Shown: in pieces, positions 52,632 to 60,858 of the stretch
How positions within the stretch are numbered: the first letter of the stretch is position 1
How the letters are laid out: each line of letters begins with the position of its first letter
Source: Acidobacteriota bacterium
GTDB lineage: Bacteria; Acidobacteriota; Vicinamibacteria; Vicinamibacterales; UBA8438
NCBI GenBank assembly: GCA_009838525.1
Contig: VXRJ01000038.1
Location: 10,654 to 74,653 of the forward strand
Reading direction: 5' to 3'
DNA: 64,000 nucleotides
Program-made: the position numbers and the translations under genes
Notes under the pieces: generated by a model
Told to the model about the DNA's origin: nothing
What the model saw: only the letters and a program-made list of their open reading frames with translations
The model's database searches: none

Positions 52632-53030
52632 TCAGACGGGGTCGAAGCCGAGTGTCACGCGGACTGCCGTTTCGACATCGCGAAGCTCCTCGACCGCGAG
52701 ACGCGCGATACGAGTACGAAGCCGGCGCCGATCGAGCGAGCGGATCTGATCGCCGAGCGCCCGGGCCTCCCGGCCCTCGACCGACACGATTGCCTCTCCC
52801 GGGTACAACGACGCGACGTTGCTCGTCAGTGGTACGACTACCACTCGGGAACCGAAGCGGTTACACGCGTCGTTGGAGAGAACGACGGCCGGTCGCGTCT
52901 TGCGGATCTCGGTGCCCTGCGCCGGATCCAGCGACACCCAATAAACGTCGCCCCGGCGCGGGTGCCCTTCTACTGCGGCCAGTCTTCGACCTCCGTGGTC
53001 TTCCAAGTGTCCGCCAGCTCCGTTCGCCAC
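52632..53030 (-). CDS. mazF: type II toxin MazF/PemK family endoribonuclease
   Basis: RGDVYWVSLDPAQGTEIRKTRPAVVLSND...VVVVPLTSN. The start is uncertain: the ORF-track GTG 53030 overlaps the antitoxin by 61 nt, and TTG 53006 is an alternative. Confidence 0.8.
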   Translation of the reverse strand: MANGAGGHLEDHGGRRLAAVEGHPRRGDVYWVSLDPAQGTEIRKTRPAVVLSNDACNRFGSRVVVVPLTSNVASLYPGEAIVSVEGREARALGDQIRSLDRRRLRTRIARLAVEELRDVETAVRVTLGFDPV

Positions 53031-53197
53031 GCTTCCCGAGACGCCGCCTTGTACCCGGCTTCGAGTGCCTTACGGTCGGGATGAAGCCGAGCGCGCACGG
53101 CTTCACTGATGAAGCGGCTGATGCCCTTGGGGGGGCAAGAGTCCTTCAACTGCTGATAGAGAGCTTCGTCCATGGTGATATTGAGCCTTACAGGCAT
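52970..53197 (-). CDS. ribbon-helix-helix (CopG-type) antitoxin
   Basis: MPVRLNITMDEALYQQLKDSCPPKGISRFISEAVRARL is an RHH fold. AGGTAGGAG SD and a TATAAT upstream in an AT-rich leader. Confidence 0.7.
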   Translation of the reverse strand: MPVRLNITMDEALYQQLKDSCPPKGISRFISEAVRARLHPDRKALEAGYKAASREAWRTELADTWKTTEVEDWPQ

Positions 53198-53332
53198 GGC
53201 AATGCTCCTACCTCGCGCCCCGCGTGTATTACGTATTATATACAGGATCCAGTGGGTGCGAGACGGTCTTCAGGAGTTACCTCCGTTAGAATGCACCGGA
53301 ACACGCGTGCCCAGTTCGGCGGGAGGCCATCC

Positions 53333-55744
53333 ATGAATTGCCAGTATCTCCACAAGCCGTTCCCGGCCGCCGTCGCGGTGGCCGGCGTAGCGTTCCTGTC
53401 GCTCGGCGCGGCAGCGAGCCAGGCGCAACAGCCACCCATCGTGCAGCCCGGCGCGCCAGGTGAGCCGAGCCGCTCGATCTCGGCGGCCGAGGCTTCCGAT
53501 CTCGCTGCCATTCGCTATAGCGAGGCCGACGTGAGGTTCATGCAGGGGATGATTCCCCACCACGCGCAGGCGCTGGAGATGACCGCGTTGCTCGAGACCC
53601 GCACCACGAGTGACGCGATGCGTCAGATGGCGCAGCGCATCGAGCTTTCCCAGGAAGACGAGATCGAGATGATGCAGGAGTGGCTGCGCGAGCGCGGCCA
53701 GACGGTTACGGCGACGGATGCGCATCACGCACCCGACTGGATGCCGATGCCGGGAATGCTGACGCCGGAGGAGATGGACCAGCTCGAGGCGGCGGAGGGA
53801 GTCGCGTTCGACCGTCTCTTCCTCGAACTGATGATCAAGCACCATCGCGGCGCTCTGACGATGGTCGAGAACCTTCTGGATCAGCGTGGCACGGCGCAGG
53901 ACTCGCAGCTCTTCGCGTTCACCTCCGACGTAGAGGCGGACCAGAGCATGGAGATCGACCGAATGGACGCCATGCTCGCGCAGTTGACCGTCGATCCGCG
54001 GGTTGGTCTCGCGGCCGGCTTCGATGACGCCGGCGAAGCCATCTGGAACATGGCGCTCGTGGCGACGCGCCCGAAGCCAGACGGCTTCTTCGATCGCAAC
54101 GCGGAGGCGGAGAGAGAAGAGGAAGACGAGGAAGACGACGCCGAAGAGGCGGAAGAGGAGGAGACGCCTCGGCGGCGCGGAATGCTCAACTTCGGCAACA
54201 CCGACCTCGCCTTCGCCGGCGACCAGGTGTTCGTGGGGAGCCACCACGGGTTCAACACGTATCGCGTCGAGGTTCCCGCCTCGCCCCAACTCGTTACCTC
54301 CGTCGTCTGCCCCGGCGGTCAGGGCGACGTCTCGGTGGTGGGCAACCTGCTGATCATGTCGGTCGAGCAGACGCGCGGACGCGTCGACTGCGGCTTGCAG
54401 GGCGTCGCGGAGCCGGTGAGCGAAGAGCGCTTCCGTGGTATCCGGGTCTTCGACATCAGCGACATGCGGATGCCCCGGCAGGTGGCGGCGGTGCAGACGT
54501 GCCGCGGATCGCATACCCACACCGTGGTGACCGACCCGGACGACGAGGGTAACCTCTACGTCTACGGATCCGGCGCCGCGTCCGTTCGCTCCGGGGAGGA
54601 ACTGGAGGGTTGCTCCGACGAGTTGCCGGCCGAGAACCCGGAGACCGCGCTATTCCGGATCGACGTCATCCGGATCCCGGTGGCGCGGCCGGAGGAGGCG
54701 GACGTTGTCAATCGGCCGTTCGTGTTCCGGGATCCCGAGACCGGCCGCGCCGCTGGCCTGTGGCGCGGCGGCGACCACGGGCCGGGCACGCAGAGCACCC
54801 GCGAAAGCAACCACTGCCACGACATCACGACCTTCCCGGAGTTGGGTCTGGCGGCCGGGGCCTGTGCCGGGAACGGCATCCTGCTGGACATCTCCGATCC
54901 GGTCAATCCGGTCCGGCTCGACGATGTCGTCGACCCCGGCTTCGCCTACTGGCACTCGGCAACGTTCAACAACGACGCCACCAAGGTGATCTTCACGGAC
55001 GAATGGGGTGGTGGCGGGCGCCCGCGCTGCCGCGCGTCGGATCCCCGGAACTGGGGTGCGAACGCCATCTACGACGTGGTCGACGGCCGTCTGGAATACC
55101 GCAGCCACTACAAGCTGCCGGCGCCGCAGACCGAGCGTGAGAACTGCGTGGCGCACAATGGCTCCCTCGTCCCGGTGCCGGGGCGCGACATCATGGTGCA
55201 GGCCTGGTACCAGGGCGGCATCTCGGTCTTCGACTTCACAGACTCCGTGAATCCGGTCGAGATCGCCTACTTCGACCGTGGTCCGATCAACAGCGAGCGG
55301 CTCGCGATGGGTGGCTACTGGTCGTCGTACTGGTATCGCGGCTACATCTACGGCACGGAGATCGCCCGCGGGCTCGACGTGCTGGAGCTGTTGCCGAGCG
55401 AGTACCTGACGGAGAACGAGCTCGCGGCGGCCGCGTCGGTCGCGCCGGCCGAGTTCAACGCCCAGCAGCAGCGCGGCATCGACTGGTCGCCGCGGCCCGT
55501 GGTCGCCCGCGCCTACCTCGATCAGCTCGATCGCACCGACACGCTCTCCGCGGCGCGCCGCGCGGAGCTGTCGGGCCTCCTCGACCGCGCGGACGGAACG
55601 GACGCCGACGCAGGCCTGGCCGCAGAGCTGGTTGCCGCGGCAGACGAGGTCGACGGCGAGAGCGCCGGCGTGTCCGACCGCAGCCAGGAGCGGATCCGCG
55701 CCCTGGCCGAGACCCTGCGGGGCATCGCGGATCGCCTGCGATAG
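53333..55744 (+). CDS. secreted fusion protein: DUF305 four-helix domain + polyacidic linker + LVIVD-repeat beta-propeller
   Basis: Start trimmed to ATG 53333 (GGGAGG 6 nt upstream; MNCQYLHKPFPAAVAVAGVAFLSLGAAASQAQ). DUF305 repeats FMQGMIPHHAQALEM and FLELMIKHHRGALTM. Linker AEAEREEEDEEDDAEEAEEEE. LVIVD-type blades (GILLDISDPVNPVRL, GISVFDFTDSVNPVEIAYFD, RGLDVLEL). Confidence 0.75.
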   Translation: MNCQYLHKPFPAAVAVAGVAFLSLGAAASQAQQPPIVQPGAPGEPSRSISAAEASDLAAIRYSEADVRFMQGMIPHHAQALEMTALLETRTTSDAMRQMAQRIELSQEDEIEMMQEWLRERGQTVTATDAHHAPDWMPMPGMLTPEEMDQLEAAEGVAFDRLFLELMIKHHRGALTMVENLLDQRGTAQDSQLFAFTSDVEADQSMEIDRMDAMLAQLTVDPRVGLAAGFDDAGEAIWNMALVATRPKPDGFFDRNAEAEREEEDEEDDAEEAEEEETPRRRGMLNFGNTDLAFAGDQVFVGSHHGFNTYRVEVPASPQLVTSVVCPGGQGDVSVVGNLLIMSVEQTRGRVDCGLQGVAEPVSEERFRGIRVFDISDMRMPRQVAAVQTCRGSHTHTVVTDPDDEGNLYVYGSGAASVRSGEELEGCSDELPAENPETALFRIDVIRIPVARPEEADVVNRPFVFRDPETGRAAGLWRGGDHGPGTQSTRESNHCHDITTFPELGLAAGACAGNGILLDISDPVNPVRLDDVVDPGFAYWHSATFNNDATKVIFTDEWGGGGRPRCRASDPRNWGANAIYDVVDGRLEYRSHYKLPAPQTERENCVAHNGSLVPVPGRDIMVQAWYQGGISVFDFTDSVNPVEIAYFDRGPINSERLAMGGYWSSYWYRGYIYGTEIARGLDVLELLPSEYLTENELAAAASVAPAEFNAQQQRGIDWSPRPVVARAYLDQLDRTDTLSAARRAELSGLLDRADGTDADAGLAAELVAAADEVDGESAGVSDRSQERIRALAETLRGIADRLR

Positions 55745-55814
55745 AGATCATCCACCGGCGGCTGGACCTGACGCCACTCTCGGTGACGTGCGGCCGCCGC
55801 GTTAAACTGGAGCT

Positions 55815-56753
55815 ATGGTCACCCGGCCGCCGCGTACCGTGTTCTTCGGGGCGGCGCTTGCGTTCAGCCTGGTCGTGAGTGGCGCACCGTGGGGCATGCT
55901 CCAGGTAGCGTGGGCTCAGGACCAGACGCTCTTCATGGCGTTCACCGATGCCGACGGCGCGCCGGTCAGCGACATGACGCCCGAAGAGATCATCATTCGG
56001 TGGGACGAGATGCCGTCCGAGGTCCGCGAGATCGAGCCGATCAACTGGCCCGCCCGGGTGACCGTGTTCGTCGACAACGCGACGGAGAGTCAGACCGTTC
56101 TGTCGGACATGCGCGAGGGATTGACGCGTTTTCTGGGGGCGCTTCCCCCGGATATCGAAGTGGCGATCGCGACGATCGCGGGACGCCCCCAGTTTCGGGT
56201 CGAGCACACCACTGACCGCGGAGCCCTGGCCGACGCGGTCGGCGCGCTCGCGAGCGAGGGTGGCGCCGCGACGTTCTTTGACGCGTTGTATGAGGAAGCC
56301 GAGCGGCTGGATGACGATGACGACCGGGAGTATCTTCCGGTCATCGTGATGGTTGCTGTCGCTGGGTCCGAGGGGAGCGGCCGGGCTCGAGGGCAGAACC
56401 TTGAGCGAATGATGGACCGGCTGTACGACAACGCGGCCGTCGTTCATACGCTGTTGTTGCCGTCTCCGGTGAGTGGCGTTGCGGGCACCCAGGGGAGACC
56501 CCAGACGCGATGGGGAACCGACATCGCAGCCGCGACTCGGGGCTCGTTCGCGGACCTCGGCGTCGCGACCGACTATCGGACGCGGCTGCCGGAGCTTGTT
56601 GGCGACATTTCCCGCCGGCACAAGCTGACCAGTCATCAGTTCCGGGTGACCTACCGGCCGCCGGATGACGCATCCGACCAGCCTCGCGTTCAGGTGGGAT
56701 CGGCGCGCCCCGGCATCACGGTGTGGCCGACCGATAACGGCAACATACCGTAG
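55815..56753 (+). CDS. VWA domain protein (VWFA-related acidobacterial-type)
   Basis: Signal peptide. ...RVTVFVDNATES... has a MIDAS-like position, then ...YLPVIVMVAVAGSEGS.... The C-terminus ...HQFRVTYRPPDDASDQPRVQVGSARPGITVWPTDNGNIP is shared with the partial ORF at 63853..64000. Confidence 0.65.
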   Translation: MVTRPPRTVFFGAALAFSLVVSGAPWGMLQVAWAQDQTLFMAFTDADGAPVSDMTPEEIIIRWDEMPSEVREIEPINWPARVTVFVDNATESQTVLSDMREGLTRFLGALPPDIEVAIATIAGRPQFRVEHTTDRGALADAVGALASEGGAATFFDALYEEAERLDDDDDREYLPVIVMVAVAGSEGSGRARGQNLERMMDRLYDNAAVVHTLLLPSPVSGVAGTQGRPQTRWGTDIAAATRGSFADLGVATDYRTRLPELVGDISRRHKLTSHQFRVTYRPPDDASDQPRVQVGSARPGITVWPTDNGNIP

Positions 56754-56772
56754 GCTCTGAGAGGAGGAGCCA

Positions 56773-57222
56773 ATGAACGGCCGACACATCGCGCTCGTCG
56801 CGCTGGCCCTGCTGGTTGCGCCGGCCGTCTTTGCTGCCGACGTGCTGGAGTTCCGGAAGGTGGACGTGTTCATTGCCGACCAGAACGGTAACGAGCGCAA
56901 GCGGGATGCGCGGCTGGAGATAGACGCCGATGCCGGCGAGATCCGGCTTGTCGACGAGAGGCGGGGGGCTTCGCGCGCCACCTACGCGGTCATCCCCATC
57001 GACCAGCTTGCCGGCCTGTTCTACGAGGCCGAACTCGGCTCGCGCTGGGGCGGCGTCATCGGCGTCCGCCCCGCCAGACACTGGCTGGTCATCACGTCCG
57101 ACGTGCTTCCGTCGGGGCAGATGCGGGTCCGGCTCGATGAGGACAACCAGCGGGAACTTCGCTTCGCCCTGCGGGCGGCCACCGGGATCATCGACGACCT
57201 GGGTCCGCAGCGGGCGCGGTGA
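56773..57222 (+). CDS. hypothetical secreted protein
   Basis: 149 aa, signal MNGRHIALVALALLVAPAVFAAD, no recognisable motif. Its stop abuts the convergent TPR gene stop (TGATCA). Confidence 0.45.
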   Translation: MNGRHIALVALALLVAPAVFAADVLEFRKVDVFIADQNGNERKRDARLEIDADAGEIRLVDERRGASRATYAVIPIDQLAGLFYEAELGSRWGGVIGVRPARHWLVITSDVLPSGQMRVRLDEDNQRELRFALRAATGIIDDLGPQRAR

Positions 57223-58908
57223 TCAGCGGTCGAGCAAACCCGGCTCGACCGGCGGCCCGGGCCGGTGCTCCGGGTCATCGTCTCGCCACGGCGTCCGGGA
57301 GGGCGTGGAACTCCGGTACAGTGCCAGGTTGGCCGCCATCCGCTGCGCGACGTCGGCTCGTCCTGCCGCCGCCGCGCCCGCCATCGCCCGGCGCTGCCAC
57401 TCCATGGCTTCCGTGTAGCGACCCAGCTCCGCCAGCGCCATGGCCATCGTCTCGGCCAACGCCGTCGTGTCGTGCTGTTCCACGAGCGCCTGGGTCAGGT
57501 CGAGGGCTTCCTGGCCGCTGCGCACGCCGGGGTCGGAAGATGCCGCGAGCAGGCGCGCGGCGGCGAGCGGAAACGCCGGCTCGTCGGGGTAGAGGCCCGC
57601 AGCCGAACGCAAGCGCTCCAGCGCCTCTTGATGGCGCGCCAGACGTACGAGCGCCATCGCTTCGCCGAAGTGTGCTTCCCTGGACCTCGGTTCGAGGGCG
57701 AGCACCTGTTCGTACGACGCCAGCGCCGCATCGAGCCGGTCGGTGCGCCGCAGCACGTCGGCCAGCCTGAGGTGCGCCTCGCTGAGGTTGGGGTCGTGCG
57801 TCACGGCGGCGGTGTACCGGTCGATGGCTTCCTCGTAGCGGCCACTCCGCTCCAAGAGGGTGCCCATCGCAAAGTGCGCCCGCGCAAGTCCGGGATCCAG
57901 GCGGACGGCCTCCTCGAACTCGTCCATGGCGGCGCGCGCGTCCGCCGTGCGGTTCAGGGCCAGACCGAGGTTCAGGCGCATGGTCGGATCGCCGGGCGCC
58001 ATCTCGACCGCGCTCCGGAACTGGCGGACGGCCTCGGGCCAGTCGCCGTTCGCTCCGGCGTAGAGTCCGAGATCCCAATAGACCTGCGGGCTCCGGAGCG
58101 CGGTTCCGACCTCCGCCATCAAGGGGTCGGGCACGGCGACGCCCGCCCCGTCGCCCGCGCCGCCCCCGCTCCGTTCCAGGTGGAATTGCGCTTGATCGAG
58201 GTCGCCGAGTCCGCGGTACGCGATGGCGAGAGGGTAGTGGACCGTAGTCGCGGCGGGGTTCAGGCTCAACGTCTCCTCAAGCAGTTCCACCGCGGTCGCG
58301 TAGTCCCGCTGGGCGACGGCGGCTCGGCCCAACTGGAACAGGATCGCCTGGGTGCCGGGGTGGAGCGAGCGGGCTCTCTCCAGAACCGGGACGGCCGCTT
58401 CCGGATGGCCGTCGTCGATGTAGACCAGAGCGAGCCACGTGAGGGTCGCGAGATCGTTGGGTTGCAGGCGGAGCGCCTGCTCGAAGTACTCGACCGCGGC
58501 CGGCAGCCGGCCCTTGCTCCGAGCCAGGTGCCCCAGATAATAGGGCCAGCGGAAGTCGTCCGGGGCGAGCCGTTGGGCGTTCCGAAAGCAGCGCTCCGCC
58601 TCGTCCAGATATTCGCTCGCCATCAGGAGCCGGCCCAGGTCGCCGTAGGTCCCGACAAGAGCTCCACTCCGAACTGCATCCGTTGTCCCGGCCGCGCCCT
58701 CCAACGCCAGCGCCGTCAGCGACGCGTGCGCCTCCCGCAACTGTTCCCGGACGGTCTCGTGAACGCGGCTCAGGTCGGGGAGCACCACTGGCAATAGAGC
58801 CCCCTCGGCTTCGGTGCCCTGTGATGCGGCGGCTGCTCCGATCGGGCCGCCAGCGGCCCACCCATCGCCGGCTCCGAAGAGCAGGCACACCGCCGCGACC
58901 CTGCCCAC
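57223..58908 (-). CDS. TPR repeat protein
   Basis: About 12 TPR-like repeats (..YYLGHLARSKGRLPAAVEYFEQALRLQPN..). Start set at GTG 58908 (VGRVAAVCLLFGAG..) because 58921-59036 is filled with GC hairpins and a REP-like copy. ATG 59040 (ATGA overlap with the upstream stop) is the alternative. Confidence 0.7.
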   Translation of the reverse strand: MGRVAAVCLLFGAGDGWAAGGPIGAAAASQGTEAEGALLPVVLPDLSRVHETVREQLREAHASLTALALEGAAGTTDAVRSGALVGTYGDLGRLLMASEYLDEAERCFRNAQRLAPDDFRWPYYLGHLARSKGRLPAAVEYFEQALRLQPNDLATLTWLALVYIDDGHPEAAVPVLERARSLHPGTQAILFQLGRAAVAQRDYATAVELLEETLSLNPAATTVHYPLAIAYRGLGDLDQAQFHLERSGGGAGDGAGVAVPDPLMAEVGTALRSPQVYWDLGLYAGANGDWPEAVRQFRSAVEMAPGDPTMRLNLGLALNRTADARAAMDEFEEAVRLDPGLARAHFAMGTLLERSGRYEEAIDRYTAAVTHDPNLSEAHLRLADVLRRTDRLDAALASYEQVLALEPRSREAHFGEAMALVRLARHQEALERLRSAAGLYPDEPAFPLAAARLLAASSDPGVRSGQEALDLTQALVEQHDTTALAETMAMALAELGRYTEAMEWQRRAMAGAAAAGRADVAQRMAANLALYRSSTPSRTPWRDDDPEHRPGPPVEPGLLDR

Positions 58909-58920
58909 TAGCGCGCCAGC

Positions 58921-59020
58921 GGTGCGCCGGCGTCCACGCCGGCATTTGCTGTTCTCCTGCCGGCCTGGAGGCCGGCGGACCCCTGGCGCACCCTTGCGGG
59001 CGCGCCGGGCACGGCGCGCC
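58921..59020. repeat. GC-rich palindromic (REP-like) element, copy 2, plus adjacent 9-bp perfect hairpin
   Basis: GGTGCGCCGG...TGCCGGCC-TGGA-GGCCGGCG...GGCGCACC has the same three modules as 30133-30172. It is followed by GGGCGCGCC-GGGCAC-GGCGCGCCC. Confidence 0.55.
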
Positions 59021-59036
59021 CGACTTGCCGCGGCAG

Positions 59037-60848
59037 TCATTCCCGGCGCCGCCCGCGGCCCTCTTCGAGCGTCAGCCACTGGTTCACGGGGACGTCCGTC
59101 CATTCCTCCTCGCGACCGCTCGGCCAGATGACGCGAACACGCTCCACCGCGGACGCCGCGCCCAGGCCGACCAGGACTCTCGGATCGTTGGCCGACGCGT
59201 AGCTGCCGTCGCTTCTCGCGCGGCGCCACAACGCGGGGCCGGAGTCGCGGAAGACGCCGACTCTCGCGCCCAGCATGTCACGGGGGCCGTCGCCTCCGAC
59301 CAGCCGCAGGCCGAGCCATCGGTTGCGGTGGCCCAGGTTGTTGATCAGCAGCCGCGCCGGCCCGTTGTTGTTGGTGATCAGCACGTCGTAGTCGCCGTCG
59401 TTGTCCACGTCCCCGAAGGCGGCCCCTCGGCTCACTTCGGACAGTGCGAAGACGGCGCCGGCCTGCTCGCCGACCTCCTCGAATCTCCCGTTACCCAGGT
59501 TGCGGAACAACTGGTTGGGTTGATCCAGCCGTAGCGGTTCCCCCGCTCCCGCCGGTGCGTCCGCGGTCCTGCCGGCGTAGCGCTGATGGCTGGCCTGGAC
59601 CGCCCCGTTGACCGCCAGCAGGTCCAGCCAGCCATCGTTGTCGTAGTCGAACCACGCCGTGCCGAATCCCGTGTAGGCCACGCTGGGCGCCCCGAGCCCG
59701 GTCGTCGCGCTCCGATCCTCGAACAGGCCCGTACCGTCGTTGAGGTAGAGCGTATTGGTTTCCCGGGTGAGGTGGGTCATGAAGAGGTCGTCGTCGCCAT
59801 CGCCGTCGAAGTCGCCGGCGTCGACGCCCATGCTCCCTTCGGTCCGGCCGTCGCCGTTGAGCGCCGCGCCCGCGAGCAGGGCGCCGTTCGCGAAGGTCCC
59901 GTCGTGCCGGTTCATCCACAACTGGTTCGGCTCGCCGTCGTTCGCAACGTAGATGTCCGGCCACCCGTCCGCGTCCAGGTCGGCGGCCACGATGCCGAGT
60001 GTTGCGCCGTAATCGGTCGCCACCTGCGCCTCGGCCGTGACGTCGACGAACGTTCCGTCTCCCCGATTGCGATAGAGGCGGTCAGGAACCGATGCAAACG
60101 CGCTCGGTCCGCAATAGTCCCGTTCCCCGGTTCGCGTGAAGCACTCAGGTTGCCGCGCATCGAGGCGGTGGTCGAGGTAGTTGCCGACGTAGAGGTCGAG
60201 CCAGCCGTCGCGGTCGACGTCAGCGAACGCGGCCGACACGCTCCACCGGGAGTCCCCCGTGCCGGTTTCGTGGGTGGCGTCGGTGAACGTCCCGTCGCCG
60301 TTGTTGAGGAACAACTGGTTCGCTCCCAGGCTGGTGCGGTACAGGTCCACCCAGCCGTCGTTGTTCACGTCGCCGGCCGCGACGCCCATGCCGTAGGAAC
60401 TCGGCTCGAGGCCGCTTCCGTCGGTGACGTTCGTGAAACGGAGCGTGCGCGTGCCGTCCGGGTGTACCTCGAGGTCGTTCCGGTACAGGCGATCCGTTAG
60501 CGGTCCGGCTTCGGGCGGGGTCGTGGCGCCGCCCTGCGTATCGTCCGGGCCGAGCGCGCCGCCCTGCACGAGGTAGACGTCGAGGTCACCGTCATTGTCG
60601 AAGTCGAACAGCGCGGCGCCGGGACCCAGGATCTCGCTCACATAGAGCTTGCCGGAGCTCCCGTTGACGTGCACGAAGTCGATCCCCACCGCCTCCGCCC
60701 GATCCGTGAACCACGCCTCTTCAGCCGGAAGCGTCGAGGACTGGGGCGCCGCGTGGACGCCGTCGGAGGTCGCGGGGAGGGAACCAAGGCCCACAAGGAG
60801 CAGGCTGGCGGTTGCCCCGCAGCCGAGGTAGTGACGCCTCACGCGCAC
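59037..60848 (-). CDS. CRTAC1-family protein (FG-GAP/VCBS repeats + ASPIC/UnbV C-terminal domain)
   Basis: Repeated ..FDFDNDGDLDVY.., ..GDVNNDGWVDLY.., ..ADLDADGWPDIYVAN.., and the C-terminal ..RVRVIWPSGREEEWTDVPVNQWLTLEEG. Confidence 0.8.
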   Translation of the reverse strand: MRVRRHYLGCGATASLLLVGLGSLPATSDGVHAAPQSSTLPAEEAWFTDRAEAVGIDFVHVNGSSGKLYVSEILGPGAALFDFDNDGDLDVYLVQGGALGPDDTQGGATTPPEAGPLTDRLYRNDLEVHPDGTRTLRFTNVTDGSGLEPSSYGMGVAAGDVNNDGWVDLYRTSLGANQLFLNNGDGTFTDATHETGTGDSRWSVSAAFADVDRDGWLDLYVGNYLDHRLDARQPECFTRTGERDYCGPSAFASVPDRLYRNRGDGTFVDVTAEAQVATDYGATLGIVAADLDADGWPDIYVANDGEPNQLWMNRHDGTFANGALLAGAALNGDGRTEGSMGVDAGDFDGDGDDDLFMTHLTRETNTLYLNDGTGLFEDRSATTGLGAPSVAYTGFGTAWFDYDNDGWLDLLAVNGAVQASHQRYAGRTADAPAGAGEPLRLDQPNQLFRNLGNGRFEEVGEQAGAVFALSEVSRGAAFGDVDNDGDYDVLITNNNGPARLLINNLGHRNRWLGLRLVGGDGPRDMLGARVGVFRDSGPALWRRARSDGSYASANDPRVLVGLGAASAVERVRVIWPSGREEEWTDVPVNQWLTLEEGRGRRRE

Positions 60849-60858
60849 CCGGCGATTA

